The position numbers and the translations under genes were made by a program. A stretch of DNA of 64,000 nucleotides from Haplodiscus bocki (lineage: Eukaryota): the NCBI GenBank assembly GCA_965655095.1, contig OZ296652.1:72044001-72108000 (forward strand), given 5' to 3'. Below the pieces are notes generated by a model that was not told where the DNA came from, did no database searches, and saw nothing but the letters and a program-made list of their open reading frames with translations. Shown piece after piece: positions 24,317 through 37,027 of the stretch. Positions within the stretch are counted from its first letter, which is position 1. The number at the start of each line of letters is the position of its first letter.

Positions 24317-27105
24317 GTTCCATAGATGTCAAAAACTTCAAAATTGTTTAGAAACACCATCGAAACTGCTTCTCATCAGCAAAAGTAGGCAACTGTGAAA
24401 CAATGTCTTCAGGTTGCAGTTTTCATACGGCAAGGAGTTTTCTGTTTTTCTTTAGTGTCTGTTTTTCCCCATCAAGTCAAACTATGCTGAAAGCGGCAGA
24501 ATTGAAACAGGTTCTTCGCCTTGCCAATGTAGCTTTCTAGTGATCAGAAATGATATTCGTTTTAAACACGAAGTTTGCTAAATGCATGTTTTCAAATTGT
24601 AAAAAGTCTTGCCAATGTTTTTCTACAGTTTTATTTTGTCTATGGAATCTCACAGCTCTGAAATGACAATCAGTTCAAAACAAGTTCTCCAAGTAGGAAT
24701 TTCTAGGTCGAAACAAAATTCCTCAATTGTTTGCGGTCTTCTGTTTTTACTACGCAAACTCACAAAATCGACTCTTCCGGAAAATTTGTTTTCTGAGACT
24801 TGAATGAAAAGACTCTACTTTTAGTCAAAAAGAAAAATTTTCAAAAAATTGCTATGTTCTTCTTTTATAATTGCAAAAAGTTTCCTTTTTCCTGCCACTT
24901 TTGTTCTTCTATCACGTCCTAAATTGCTAAAAACGTGGGAACTGTTACAACTCCTTAGATTTTCAACAATAGAGATTTAACATGTCAGCAAAATTGAACA
25001 CTTCATTGTAACGTGTGATCACGACGACCAAATGTTCAACATGTAGCAAGCTTTCACAACTTTTGCCGTTTTCAAACTTTTATCATCGAATCTCACATTG
25101 CTGAAAAAAATGAAAAGTTCAAAGTCCCTCAAAAGTGCTTTCAAAAATTCTACTTTTTGTAATCATGAGGCACTCTAAAACGAATTCATTTTGTGCAAGT
25201 TTTCATATTGCTTTACGTTTTCTCATAATCCTGCTTCTATTATTTCTCATCTCCAAGTTTGGCAGTATGGAAAGTGCCGGAAATGTTACAGTTTCATCAA
25301 CCTGTTTTTACAACCTACTACTGATCGGCGAAGTTACACAAAATGAAATAGGTTCCCTGCGTTGAATTTTTCAAATTACAGGATGTTATTTCAACTTTCG
25401 CTCAAGTAAATGTTTTCCTCCACGTTTCACAGAGTGGAAAATGAATGTAAACCGACAAAAGTAGTAGCACGGAGAACGAGGAAGTAGGAATGAGCTGACC
25501 TTTTGGCAACGAAAAACATGCAATGGTATTCTGGAGTACTTTAGACAATTTGAAAACAAACTTTTTTTTCGATTTTGAAACATGTTTCAGATTACTCTAT
25601 TGTCCTGTTTCGATGATGTCAAGAGCTCTCCTTGAGGAGTGAAATGCCAGAGTTCAGGTATAGTTCATCATGTATCGTCACAGTCAACTCGATTTGTTTT
25701 TTGATAACTTTATAATCCTGAAGGATTCTGCATTTGAGCAATAATTGTAGTTATTCATGCATATCGAGTATGGCATTCAGTGTTGCTTGGAATTGGCTCA
25801 CGACTCTGGTGCTTCACGTGGACTAGCCAAGTTCTCCTGTCGGTGACGTTATTGTCGACTCGGCTGTCGATTACATAGTGTTTATTTATTCGGGTCGGGT
25901 TGAGTAAATGATCATGTCTGGTTACTCAGTCAACTTCCCTCCGCCCCCCCCCCCACCCCTTGAGCAAAATGACATACGCTACTACTGCTTGTAGGATTAT
26001 GCTTACTCATAAGAATTTTTACGATTTCAATAGTCTAAGATGGTTCTCTTCCCACTCGGATGAGCACTTTGAAGTTCTTTGAGTTTTATTCTCAATTAAT
26101 GTGAAATGAGTTTTGGGTTTTTAAGAGTTAAGAAAAGCTGCACATTTCAGATAGAGACGCTCGGTGCTGGTTTTGGCTTGAAGAGCCTTGAACAGCCAAG
26201 GTTTTATTAAACCAAAATGTAACAATTTGAAAAACCATCGGTGCTATAATGCGCTTTGTTTACATTTGCGGAAGATAACTTACATCAAATTTCACTAACT
26301 CTGATGCTTCATCGATAGCAGTACTAGCTGATAGTTGCCTCTGGAGTTTCCGTGACTGTATTCTCCGTTTCTGTATTTCAAAAATTACTCTGCCATACAA
26401 GAACAAGAGAAGTGTGCCAACTACAGTAACCAATACAATTCTATACACAGCTGCGTACATTCGCCAGCTGGAGGTATGCACTGTTGATGAAGCAATATAA
26501 TCACCTTAAACAGAAGAATGTTATTCTCATGCTCGTATGAGGGGAATAAGAATTACAAACTATTCTTCAAAGTTAGGTTTAATATCAGGCCCTACAATAA
26601 TTTGCAAGCTCCAGTTAACGCGAACTTTGGACAATCAGAAGCGTCCGCGAGTTTCCGCGATTTCAAGCTATTTCTAAAACAGAAATAGAAATTTAAGAAA
26701 TGGGTTTTTGGGAAATCAATCATAAAGCTTTAACTTACTTGCCACTGGAATTTGAAGCTCGAAGACATTTATATTGTGATTCCGTTGAAAAAATAATCAG
26801 TCGCTTTTCGGAAGCGGTCTCAACAATTGAACGCGAACTATTTTCCTCTAATTTACGACTGTCTAACGAAAAAGGCTTGCTCAGGAAGGAATTTCTGGAA
26901 CAAATTGCGAAATGTTCATAAAAAACAGTCAAATTTAGTGTGAATTAGGAAAAAATTTGAACCCATTTTTTCCCAAATTCTGCCGTTAAAAGTTGCTAGT
27001 TTTAACCTGATCATTATACAACTACGGTATTTGTTGAACTACAACTACAAAACTGAAATTTGTACAAACTTTTTAGTTGGTTGCAAAAAACAGTACTATA
27101 ATTCG
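24317..27105 (-). repeat. Right arm of 2.8-kb inverted repeat
   Basis: Reverse complement of 15117-17905. Confidence 0.95.
26284..26504 (-). CDS. GPCR internal exon (ECL2 end, TM5, ICL3 start)
   Basis: AAVYRIVLVTVVGTLLLFLYGRVIFEIQKRR. Acceptor ttctgtttaag (alternative cag at 26481) is phase-compatible with the phase-1 donor at 47375. Donor GAT|gtaagt. Confidence 0.75.
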
Positions 27106-27237
27106 CGTTATGGGCAAACAAGTTTCGTACGGGTTGTCGGCATTTTCGAGTGGAAAGCAGACATGGTTATCCGGCGACCGTCCTGTGGTATTAGGAAGAT
27201 GAAACAATAATTTTTGTATTCATTTGTGATAGTTGCG

Positions 27238-28911
27238 AGAAATATTGGTTGTCCGCATGGCTAGTAGGCGTGTTACCTCGTCTAAAACAGGTAGCTTCGC
27301 CGTTCTCAGCAGTTTGTAACTCTTTCCGACTCCCCAATAGGGCAAAAATTTCCTCAATTTGTCGTAGAATCGGCTCAATTGCTGTCTGATATGTTTACTT
27401 ACTGAAATATGTGTGACTTCACTCGTGGAAAACTCGTTATCTAGGGAGTTCATTTCGGGTTCTTGTTCATCTCTTAGCTTTATAGTTTCTGTGGAAATGT
27501 CGTGCGTTTGAGTGCTGTTTTCTGTTCCACTACTCATTAACTAGGGATAAGTAGACTGAAAGTTAATGTTTTGTAAAGGTTGTTATAGGTGATGCGTATT
27601 TCAGATCAGTGGAATCTTCTAAAGTGGTAGTAAATTACAAAATCACAGAGTAGAAAGTCGGATTGACGTTTTTTTACACCAGGGTTAATCGCAGTTATGT
27701 ACGTTACAAGGTATTGCGAAGTTATGATGAAGCTAGTAGCGGAAAATGGGCCGTAGATTAATTGTGCACGCAACAGAGTCACGTGATAATTTGAGTACTT
27801 CTCATTGGAGCTCAAACATGTACTCCACACTATTAGCTAGCACCAATTATCCTTACATTTATCTAACTTCTGAAACTACACTTTCATTTTCATTTAATTT
27901 TCATGATTGAAGCCACACGGGTGATTTTATGATAGCCTCTCTAATTGAATTGTATAATTATTTCATGTCTTTTAGCTCTATATATTGTCGATGGTAAATT
28001 GCTTGATTGACTGAAATGAGATTATACAGGGCTCACTGTCATTGTTTTTTTTTCGTAGCACTGAATGTACAAATACCTGAAATAAGGCTAGCAGTAGGCT
28101 TAATGCACTTTAAAGTTATTCCCGCGCCTATTTATTTAAATTTCACGAGAGTGAGGTCTGGTAAAGCTCACTCACAACATGGCACTACCGCCGCGCTGAA
28201 TATTGGACATTCGAGACCGAGGAGAAATATGGCTCATTCTCGATGATGAATTTTAATGATGTTCAAACCGTCTTGCACTTTGAGTGAAGTCTGCCATAGC
28301 TCACTCAAAACAATGAATTCGTTAATGCTGGTTCAAACTGCATCTTAGAGTGAGGTGTATGTCGGTTCACTCTAAACCATAAATTAGAATATCGACTCTA
28401 TGAACTGCACTGACGTGATGCGTATCGCGGCTGACTGCCGTTTGGTAAATTTTACTGACGGTGCAGTTGGATAATGCGGGATAGAGCTCATTTTCAATTA
28501 AAGATTTCGATATATGTAAAAACACTGGGCTTTAGAGTGAGGTGTATTGCGGCGCGGCTCACTCTGATGAGAGAAATTATGATGTGCAACATAACTACAG
28601 TGGAGTGTGGTGTATTGTAGCTCACTTCCGAATGATTTCCTAAACTATGGATTCTGGTGTGTGGCATGAATGGCATCAAGTGAGGTGTGTTCAGCATTAT
28701 TCGGCACGTGTGGAAATGTTACCTAATTGCGTTCATATCATTGGAAGAGGAAGTAATATTACATATTAGCTTTTATATGGACTGTATATAATGCTGCATA
28801 GGTTCGTATGCTTCAAGTGATACTACATAGGTGCAAGGGCTTCATAATAAGACATATGTTATATCTATAATTTATTTATATGGTTAGTATTTCCTTCATG
28901 GGTGCATTACA
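27238..28911 (-). mobile_element. Solo LTR (family Y) with palindrome array and gag N-terminal ORF
   Basis: Starts TGTAATGC at 28911 and is colinear with 35438-37027. ORF 27220-27537 begins MSSGTENSTQ. Confidence 0.7.
28015..28705. repeat. Array of about 11 short palindromes (GAGTGAG-N~11-CTCACTC) at about 66-bp period
   Basis: GCTCAC-type anchors at about 28031, 28098, 28166, 28232, 28299, 28365, 28430, 28486, 28557 and 28620. Confidence 0.85.
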
Positions 28912-30118
28912 GAGGTGATTAGAAATTTGTTCTTGAAAGTTCAGGAAACTCGACTTCATTTTTGCAAAATGGTTTTCAGGAACTAACGTACATCTTTTTA
29001 TCAACAAACTAATCTCTATATTGAAACTTGATAACTTTTGATCTTTAATTCATCCATTAGACTTATTCATAATCAAAGTTTCCTCAGTTGTTCGATCTTT
29101 ATTCTGTCATAAAAGCTTACAGAAGCAGTAGAGCCATCAAGTTTACTTGAGGGCAAAAAAAGCGGCCTTCTAGAGAAAATTCAGCCAATGACGATTAGGT
29201 TAACACTGACACTGATGAATCTCCGGTTGGTAATAAAGTCAAACCAATAGTTCAAGGAAAACTCGATGTTCAGATGAATTCTTACTTCCATACTCTGAAA
29301 GGAGAGGTAACCAAAGTGAAACAGCGGAATCAACAGCCAGCTGCTAGGCCAACCAACTAAAAACATCACACAACGACGACGTTCTGTTAAAAACGAACGA
29401 CGTCACTGTATCGACTACATCAAATTACTCATAATTTTGACAGAACTGACTCTTTTGAATAACTGTTTTTCACAGGTAATGTGATTACCCTAATGTTCAG
29501 CTGTTTTCTGAACTTTCAGAATTGACTTTCATTGAACTCTAATGAAAACTCTTTACTCTTAAACAAAATTGATTCAAAAAATACCAAATATAGCCGATTC
29601 TTTTATGTAGCCTCTAGTTATAATCAAGAAACTTGTCTTCTACAAAATGTATTTTCGATATGACGATTTACAAATTCTCAACACGGCGCCCAGCGTTTAT
29701 ATGAGGGCTCAAACTCATCCACACTTTGGCATTAAACTCCATTTTGAACTTAAGGGGATTTGGGGAGCTTTGTCTTTTTTAGGCCTTTACCGGTTTTCTA
29801 GGATGTGTAAATAGAGCGCTTCATCTTAATCGGAACTGCTTTCAAAGATTTGCGCTCCATTCCTGTTGGTTGAGTAACCCAGAACTATTGTTCAACGCAT
29901 TACCAGATAATGATGCACATTAGGTGGTTTTCTTAATCTCTAGTGCGAGCATTTCAAGTTAGTCTGAAACTGGTAAATGCTTGTTGTTTAATCAATTGAC
30001 AGGATCTTGCGGACAACCATGCCTTGCAAAAACTCAAAACCTAAGCTCATCCTCGCAAATGGCAACTAGTAACGTTCAAACTGGAGAGGCAAGTTTAAAA
30101 TGCCGTTGATAAGCATAA

Positions 30119-30630
30119 CAAGACACACGGCTACCTCCGGGATACTTTGCGCCCTCCAATTTTGTTAAAGATGACTTTTAGAAGGATGAAAGCGTATTTT
30201 TTTCCAAATACTCTTTCTTCGTCATATTTTCTAATTTTTTCAACTTCAATTTTTTTTGCTGATTTTTAGCCAAAAAAACCTCAAAAATAAGGTGGAAAGA
30301 CATTTTTAAGAAAAAAACCATTTGAGACGCATTCTAGAAAGAATTCGCCATATGTAGCGATTTTGAAAAAATTCAAGGTTTTTTCGAAAAAACCCATTTT
30401 TTTCCCCAAAAACCCAAACTTTGAACGTTTTGAGAAGTTTTACTATTTCAGTCACATTCTACGGCAAATTTAAAATTTGCTACAATTTGGTAAAAAAATA
30501 ATTTCACGTTCAGACGTGAACAAACTGCCGATGTTGGCGTGAACACAATTGGCAAACATCAGGTGAAAAAATGCACCTATTTGACAAGCACATTTTGCTT
30601 CCATATTTTAAATATGGCACAAAATAATAA
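30119..30630 (-). mobile_element. Helitron-like repeat copy
   Basis: Same family as 12933-14466. Confidence 0.7.
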
Positions 30631-30649
30631 ACCCTACAATATAACTAGT

Positions 30650-31560
30650 GCTGAAGCTGACATTCAGCAAACACTTTCAACAAAAAGCTAGGCACTCCAC
30701 CACTTATCGAAATGACAAAGTTCCTGAAAAAATATCTTTTTGAAAGCCCATTGAGAAATTTGTCGAACGTCCGATCGGCATCCTCTGAACTAGTACACAT
30801 GATCCGGAATGGCTCAAAACCCAATTGATCTTTAACACTCACTGATGCTGAGTAGATGCCTCATTTGCCCTTGGTCAATTTTAGCGATGTGACTTCATCA
30901 GAAGACGAAAAAGGCGCTCTTTGAGCACTGGAACAAACAAAAAACAAGTCGCCGGCAAGTATGAGGTTGGCTTATAAAGCTGCAAAACTCAGTTCTTCAG
31001 AAGCAAGTACCGTCTCCAGAAGTTGCCCTCTCACAGCGAGATTCACAAACTATCTCTGATGACTTGGAAAAAATTTAATTCCACAAACTCCGGAAGACGA
31101 GGCGCCTAATGGGGTCCGATTCTCCCTGAATACGCTCCCGTGAATCCCAACAAACTTGACAATGATCGCCGTGTTGCAAATTTTGTTGCCAAAAACAAAG
31201 GAGTTCATCTCAAGGATATGCTTCCTACAGCTCCATATCTCCTGGACAATTGGTTAACCATGCTAGCGTAACATTTTGTTTCATTGAACAAGAACTACCG
31301 ACTTCAGCTGATATGAAGGCATGTTTATGGACCCTTACATTCATCTTCAAGAGAAAACATTCTTTCGCTTTTTTGGAGATATATTGACTCCGACAACTTG
31401 ACGACAACTTTGGGTATGTTCGCCAACGTTTGACTGCCAATTGTACTCCAGCTTGCGGCAACTCCGCGATGCGAAAATGTACCACCTATCACTATCACAG
31501 TCAGTAGTTTGCTCATGTCAAACAATTGATTCATGAGTTATTCGACACGGGCTATTTATA
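30650..31560 (+). pseudogene. Possible BEL/Pao gag-protease relic
   Basis: Weak, decayed similarity (KLGTPPLI; LVNHASVTFCFIEQEL). Confidence 0.25.
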
Positions 31561-31630
31561 TATTTCCGTTGAGACCTTCATTGTAGATCTGCGTATAGTA
31601 TGATAGTATAGGGAAAAAGTGGCTCCAACT

Positions 31631-32995
31631 TGTGTCGCGTTAGCCATAACGCTAAACAGTGCTAGTGCTAAATTTAGAAAATGACATAATATAAGTATTA
31701 AAAGTTACTTTCCGTTTGAATAGAAGTTATTAGTAGTTACTTATCGTTTGAAGGAGTGGTTGTTAGAGAGCGGTAGCAAAGTTGGAATTGCACATTTTGA
31801 AACTTCAAAATTTCATTGACATGCTCAGTACGAATAACAACGAAGCTTTTCTATTCGCAACCCCCCCGTATTCGGTGCCAAATTTTATTCCATCACGAAC
31901 GGCACACCTCAACTCCTAAAAGTTCATTCTAGACTTCGTTCAGAGGATCACCATTTTTGGTGCTCCTTGGCGCAGAGCCTACCATAATTGGTACTGCCTG
32001 GCGTAATGTTTACCGTACTTGGTCATAGCAGCCTTAAGAAGTACGAGAACTCAGACAAACTGAGCGGCCAGTCACCAACAGCAAAAATCATCACTCTCCT
32101 AATAGCCTACCGTCAACTACCACCGAAGAACTCAATAACTCTTGAAAATCCAAGTTTTTTTCTCTTGAAACTCTGAAAACTTCGAAATTTTGAAATATTA
32201 ATAAAATTTTGCTTCGTTAAACTTTGGAACTTTTGTATCATGGCAAATAGCCAATTATCCAAAGAACTTCAAATAGACCAACCTTCGGAAAAAAACACCA
32301 CGATTGCAAAAGACCTACCATCTACATTTCAATCATCACTATTTCGAATAAAACAAACTGTTAGCGTCAAAAACAAATAACCTTGGAAGAATACAACTCA
32401 CCAGATGAACTTTAATTAATCAAGATCGGGCCCGTTGGTAAATTATCCCTGAAAAGAGTGCAACGGAAATGGAAATGGCTCTGAAAAAGAACTCTCTGAA
32501 AAAGAGCAAAATGGAAATGTTCGATATCTAAAAAAACTCGGTCGGTGGTCCTGCCAAAAGTGCACTTATGCTGAGTCTTAGATATATTCAAGTACTCACC
32601 CGGTCCTCAATCAGAATCAAGTTCATTGGTTATACGATGGTAATTGCCTGAAAATAAAAGACACCGCTCGGTTGCCACGCTATAAGGCAAATTACCCAGT
32701 CTTAGTTACTAACGCCATCCTCTGATCAAGAGTGAGCCAGTGGTCAACAAAATCCTGAGATATTATTCTACTGGTTGACAACTATGAACTGGCCTACGGG
32801 CAATCGCTAGGTCGATTTGTTACCCGAAATACCTAGCCTTAGCTCAGCTTGACTTAGACAACTATGATTATAATAGACTGCTAGAAAAACGGATGGTTAT
32901 AATCTGCGTCCTAGCGCAGAATAAATTAAAACAAAACGGCAAATCGGTAGTGTTCAAAAGCAACTCAACTCCTACACGGTGAGGAAAAAATATGA
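31631..32995 (+). mobile_element. Possible internally deleted LTR element relic
   Basis: TG start at 31631, CA near 31952 followed by tttTGGTGCTCC (PBS-like), purine tract near 32980-32990. No matching second LTR seen. Confidence 0.25.
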
Positions 32996-33349
32996 GCTAA
33001 TGATTAATAAAGGAGCTAAATTCGTTTGCATACTTTATTTTCGTGTCAATTAAAAGTGGGTGCAACATTATTATTTTGATTTTTAATTTAAAACTGTAGT
33101 ATCGTTCTTTCTAGCATAAACTTTGAGCGTTAATAAAATCTAGTCAAATAACGTTGAATGATAAACCTTCTGAAGTTCTTAGTTGAAATTTTACTGAAGT
33201 AGAATGAATTGAAAACCAGACCTTAACGCGCTCAAAACAGTGCCGTCCGCTGTAAATCTACTACCAAGTTTGACTTTGTATTTGTTATTTTGAATCCATA
33301 ACTTGTTGAACTTAAATAATGGAACCGGTTGCATTGAAAACGTTTTTGA

Positions 33350-34310
33350 CAAATTCTCAGGCGATTATTAGCTACCCACCAAGTCTTTGCTTTTGAATTC
33401 ACGCTTTAGTTTGTTCACGCGGGTCGGCAAGGCAACTTTCAGACTTAAGTTTATTTGATCAGTAACGGCCGCACACCACGAAAGTGACAAGGTTTTGTCA
33501 ACAATAATTCTGAGCCAGAATCGACTCCCCGCGCGACACTTGGCATAAATGTTTATTAGTGATCCGAAAGTCATTAACGTCTCTCCCATCGATCTACTTA
33601 CTGCAAGATACACGGCACGAAACACAAACAGAATGTTTCTTAAGGTTTCCTTGGTAACCAACACACTCTTGAAATTGACAGTGACCCATCAAATGAATCA
33701 CAAGTACTGTGTCTCAGCGTATAGTTGAAATCATTTCTTCCATCTGAACTACCGCTGCCCAGAACTTTCGGATAGCAAACGCTTCCACAGTCTGTGTGAC
33801 GATCTAGTACAAAATGTGATAATCTCCTGAGGTAATCGGACGTTCATGAGTTGAAACAGAAATTCGACAAACTCCCTGCCGTAACCCCTCGCTGTAGCTA
33901 TTTGACCAAAAACTTACTTCAGTTTCACTCCACAGTTTCTGTGATGTTTCCTGCTCAGCAACTGCTGCATTTATTATTGAATAGACTACTAATGACCATA
34001 GCCTCGGTGTACTAGTCGTCATGGGAAAGCGAGTCACTCCGTTTGAAAATTGATGAATCGTCAAGTTAGCTTCGAGAGGCAGTCCTTGGAGCCTGCTTGG
34101 CTTAGTTCATGGGCATGGAAAATCGATTGGCTTTTTCACTTGTTCAATTCTGTGCAGAAAGTAGTACAGTTCTGCAATGGATTTATGGCTCAGAGAATCG
34201 CCAACAGACTTTTATTGCTAATAGGGTGGCAGAAATTTTGGAAACTTGTCAAACCAGCCAGTGGCGACCCGTTCCAGAATCAGTCCACCCTGCTGATGAT
34301 AAAACCAATA
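33350..34310 (+). pseudogene. BEL/Pao pol fragment (RT end, RNase H)
   Basis: VVMGKRVTP... and FCAESSTVLQWIYGSENRQQTFIANRVAEILETCQTSQWRPVP..HPAD match the Pao RNase H signature. Confidence 0.8.
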
Positions 34311-34408
34311 GACTCAAAGTGGATGTTTTCATACTGTTCCCGCTGTTCAGCTGTTTTATGAACTTTCAACTAACAAATGAAAACTCTATATTCCTGAACG
34401 AAATTGAG

Positions 34409-34870
34409 CAAGGCGGCCGGCTACCACGGGCTTATTCTCCACCCTCTTTTACGAAGATGCGTTTTAGAAGGTTGTATGCGTTTTTTTACTGCTAAATACT
34501 TCTTCAGAAAATTTTGAAGATAATCTGATTTTTTGGCAAAAAAATTCAATTTAGGTGGGAAAACACATTTTTAAGAGATAAGATCGTTTTGTATGAATTC
34601 TGCAACAAGTTTGCCACTTTAACCGATTTTGAAAAAAGTCATGTCTTTTTCTCAAAAAAAAACAACTTTTTTCTTAAAGAATCCGCATTTCACCCGTATT
34701 TAAAAACTTTACTAATGCAGTCGTATTCTGCGACAAATTGTCAAAAATATGATCAGCAAAAAATTCAAAGTCACAATTCTGTCCGGTCAATTGGCAATTA
34801 AACGTAAAAAAAGACGTTGGTGTTGAGTGGACGACTTTCCTTTCATTCCTAAATATGGGCAGAAAGTTAT
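34409..34870 (-). mobile_element. Helitron-like repeat copy inserted in another repeat
   Basis: Same family. The flanks 34340-34408 and 34875-34970 match the uninterrupted 29490-29680. Confidence 0.7.
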
Positions 34871-35437
34871 AAAACTTATCACATATAGCCCATTTTTTAT
34901 GTACTCTTTAATTATAACCAACAAACTTCTTTTCTACAAAAGTTATTTTCGATAGGACAAGGAGCAAATCCACAACTTCAGCTCGACATAATGAACTGGA
35001 TGAACGTCGGACAAAAAGAGTTTTGTTCAACTACTTCAAACTCCGGAGAAATTCAATGAACGAAGGGTAAAGAACGAATGCACAGACTCAGTTACTGCAA
35101 AATACAAGGAAATAGCATTCCGTGCTTTCGTCAGGGATTGGAATTTTTGCGAAATTTTCTGAATATTTGTGGAAAGGTCATGCAATATGATGAGCCCTGT
35201 GTATATTACTATTTACATTAGTTTTTTCTTCTGTAAATTTTGTTGAGCAAGCAGTTGACACGGTCAGTGTAAATTGAGTGGTTGTGGATTGATAAACCGG
35301 CTGTTGCTCTTTCTGAGATTTATCTAAAACTGTTTTCAAATTACAAAATTTGATTCAAACTTTCGAAAACAGGAAAGAGGCAAAACTTACGAAGTCAGTA
35401 GACTGTCAATGTGATGTCAAGGTGAATTTGCTGTGAC

Positions 35438-37027
35438 TGTCGTACCGGTTGTCCGCTGAGCTAGTGAACATGTCTTCACGCCGTGAACCGGTAGCTTCTG
35501 CTGTTTCCAGCGGTGTTCAAATCTGTCCGATTTGCCAATAGAGCGCATAATCTCTTGACCTGCCGAAGGATCGCTTCAGTTGCAAAATTAATTTGTTCGT
35601 TTGCTGATCGATCAGCGACTTCACCAACAAAGAATTCGTTTATTTTAAGTCCATGTTTCGAGCTTGTCCGGGTCCTATATCTCTGGTGTCTGAGGAACTA
35701 TTAAAAGTCTCCGTGCTATTTTCAGCTCCATTAACCATTGAAAAGAAAGAAGTTGAGTTTATGATATGCTGAATTTATACATCGAATGTTAGGTATTTTT
35801 AAAATCAGTGTACTTTAAGAAACATTAGTTTTGGTATAAATATACATAAAAGATCCTGTAAGTGACGTTGTGCCCGCAGCAGAGGTAAAACAAAATTTCG
35901 TATGTTACTACGGTGAAACAAAATTATGTTGTGTACTAACGCAAATTAAATCACCTGACGATTTCATTATTTTTCATTGTAGCGCACTTATGCACCTGTA
36001 ATAACTTCGTCAGCTAGCAAAAACTATCCCTGGAATTATCGCGTTTTCGAAACAGCACTTTAATAAACTGAATGATTTGACTGAACGGGTGATGCTAATT
36101 ATAATGGCATCACTAATTGCATCGTATAGTTATATCACTTTCAAGTTCCGAGCAGCTTAACTAACTAGAATGAGCCTGCGTACGGCTCACTTTGATTGAT
36201 TGTGTTTGTTTAGCATCGAGTGAAACAATAGTTGAAAAAATGCACTTCCAAGCTGTGCCGCGCCTATTTATATAAATTGCATTAGAGTGAGGTCTGGTAA
36301 TGCTCACTTTCAAAATGGAACCACCGCTGCGGTGCACAATGGTCACTCTCAATGAAGATTTTTTTTATGTTATGAAAACCTGACAGCATCTTTTAGTAAC
36401 GTGTGTGATGGCTCACTGTAAACAACGAATATCATGCCAGTTAGATCTAGGAGCACCTTTGGGTGAAGTGTGTAACGGCTCACCCAAAACAGTGAATTTC
36501 AGTACTGTATCTATTTACTGTGCAAAAGTGATGCGTGGTATAGCTCTCCTCGGATTGATGAATGTTTTTTGACGGTGAGTTCAATAGAACTGCAGTGATA
36601 CTTGACACTGCTTATTCGCAATTAATGATTCCTGATTACGTCAGGAGGCTTGATTTAGAGTGAGGTCTGTTAAGGCTCACTCTAATTACTAGAAGCAATG
36701 GCATGAGATTTAGCTGTAGTGAAGTAAGGTGTGTTGTAGCTTACCTCCAATTGATCTTCTAAGTTATGGTTCAAGGTGGGTAGCATAATTTTTGTCAGAT
36801 GAGCTGTGTTAAGCATCGCTTTTCCACGTGTATAAATTTTACATATTCGGGTTTCTATCATTGGCAAAGGAAGTAAATGTACATATTGGCTTTCATATCG
36901 ACTATAGATGATGCTGAAAATGTTGGTGTGTATTAGGTGCAACTAAATAGATTAAAAAAATTCATATTAGGACATAAACAGAGTGCATAATACAAAAGTA
37001 AAGTATTTCTTTGACGCTAGCATGGCA
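35438..37027 (-). mobile_element. Solo LTR (family Y), second copy
   Basis: TG...CA termini with flanks GTGAC/GTGGC (5-bp TSD, 1 mismatch). Decayed ORF MVNGAENST...EQINFATEAILRQVKRLCALL. Confidence 0.75.
36168..36820. repeat. Homologous palindrome array in second family-Y LTR
   Basis: Anchors at about 36185, 36302, 36411, 36478, 36543, 36675 and 36739. Examples: gggtgaag...ctcaccc and tagagtgag...ctcactcta. Confidence 0.8.

Noticed and set aside
15117-27105. Polinton with long TIRs
   Set aside because: The arms contain a host exon. No TSD or typical terminal motif is present, and the spacer holds only fragmentary relics in mixed orientation.
28015-28705. Bona fide CRISPR array
   Set aside because: Eukaryotic LTR context, no cas genes, degenerate repeats, and spacers inherited between copies and faintly similar to each other. 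Reported as CRISPR-like architecture only.
32540-32580. WSCQKCTY, resembling a RanBP2/NZF zinc finger
   Set aside because: The second Cys pair is absent and the frame is closed by stops.
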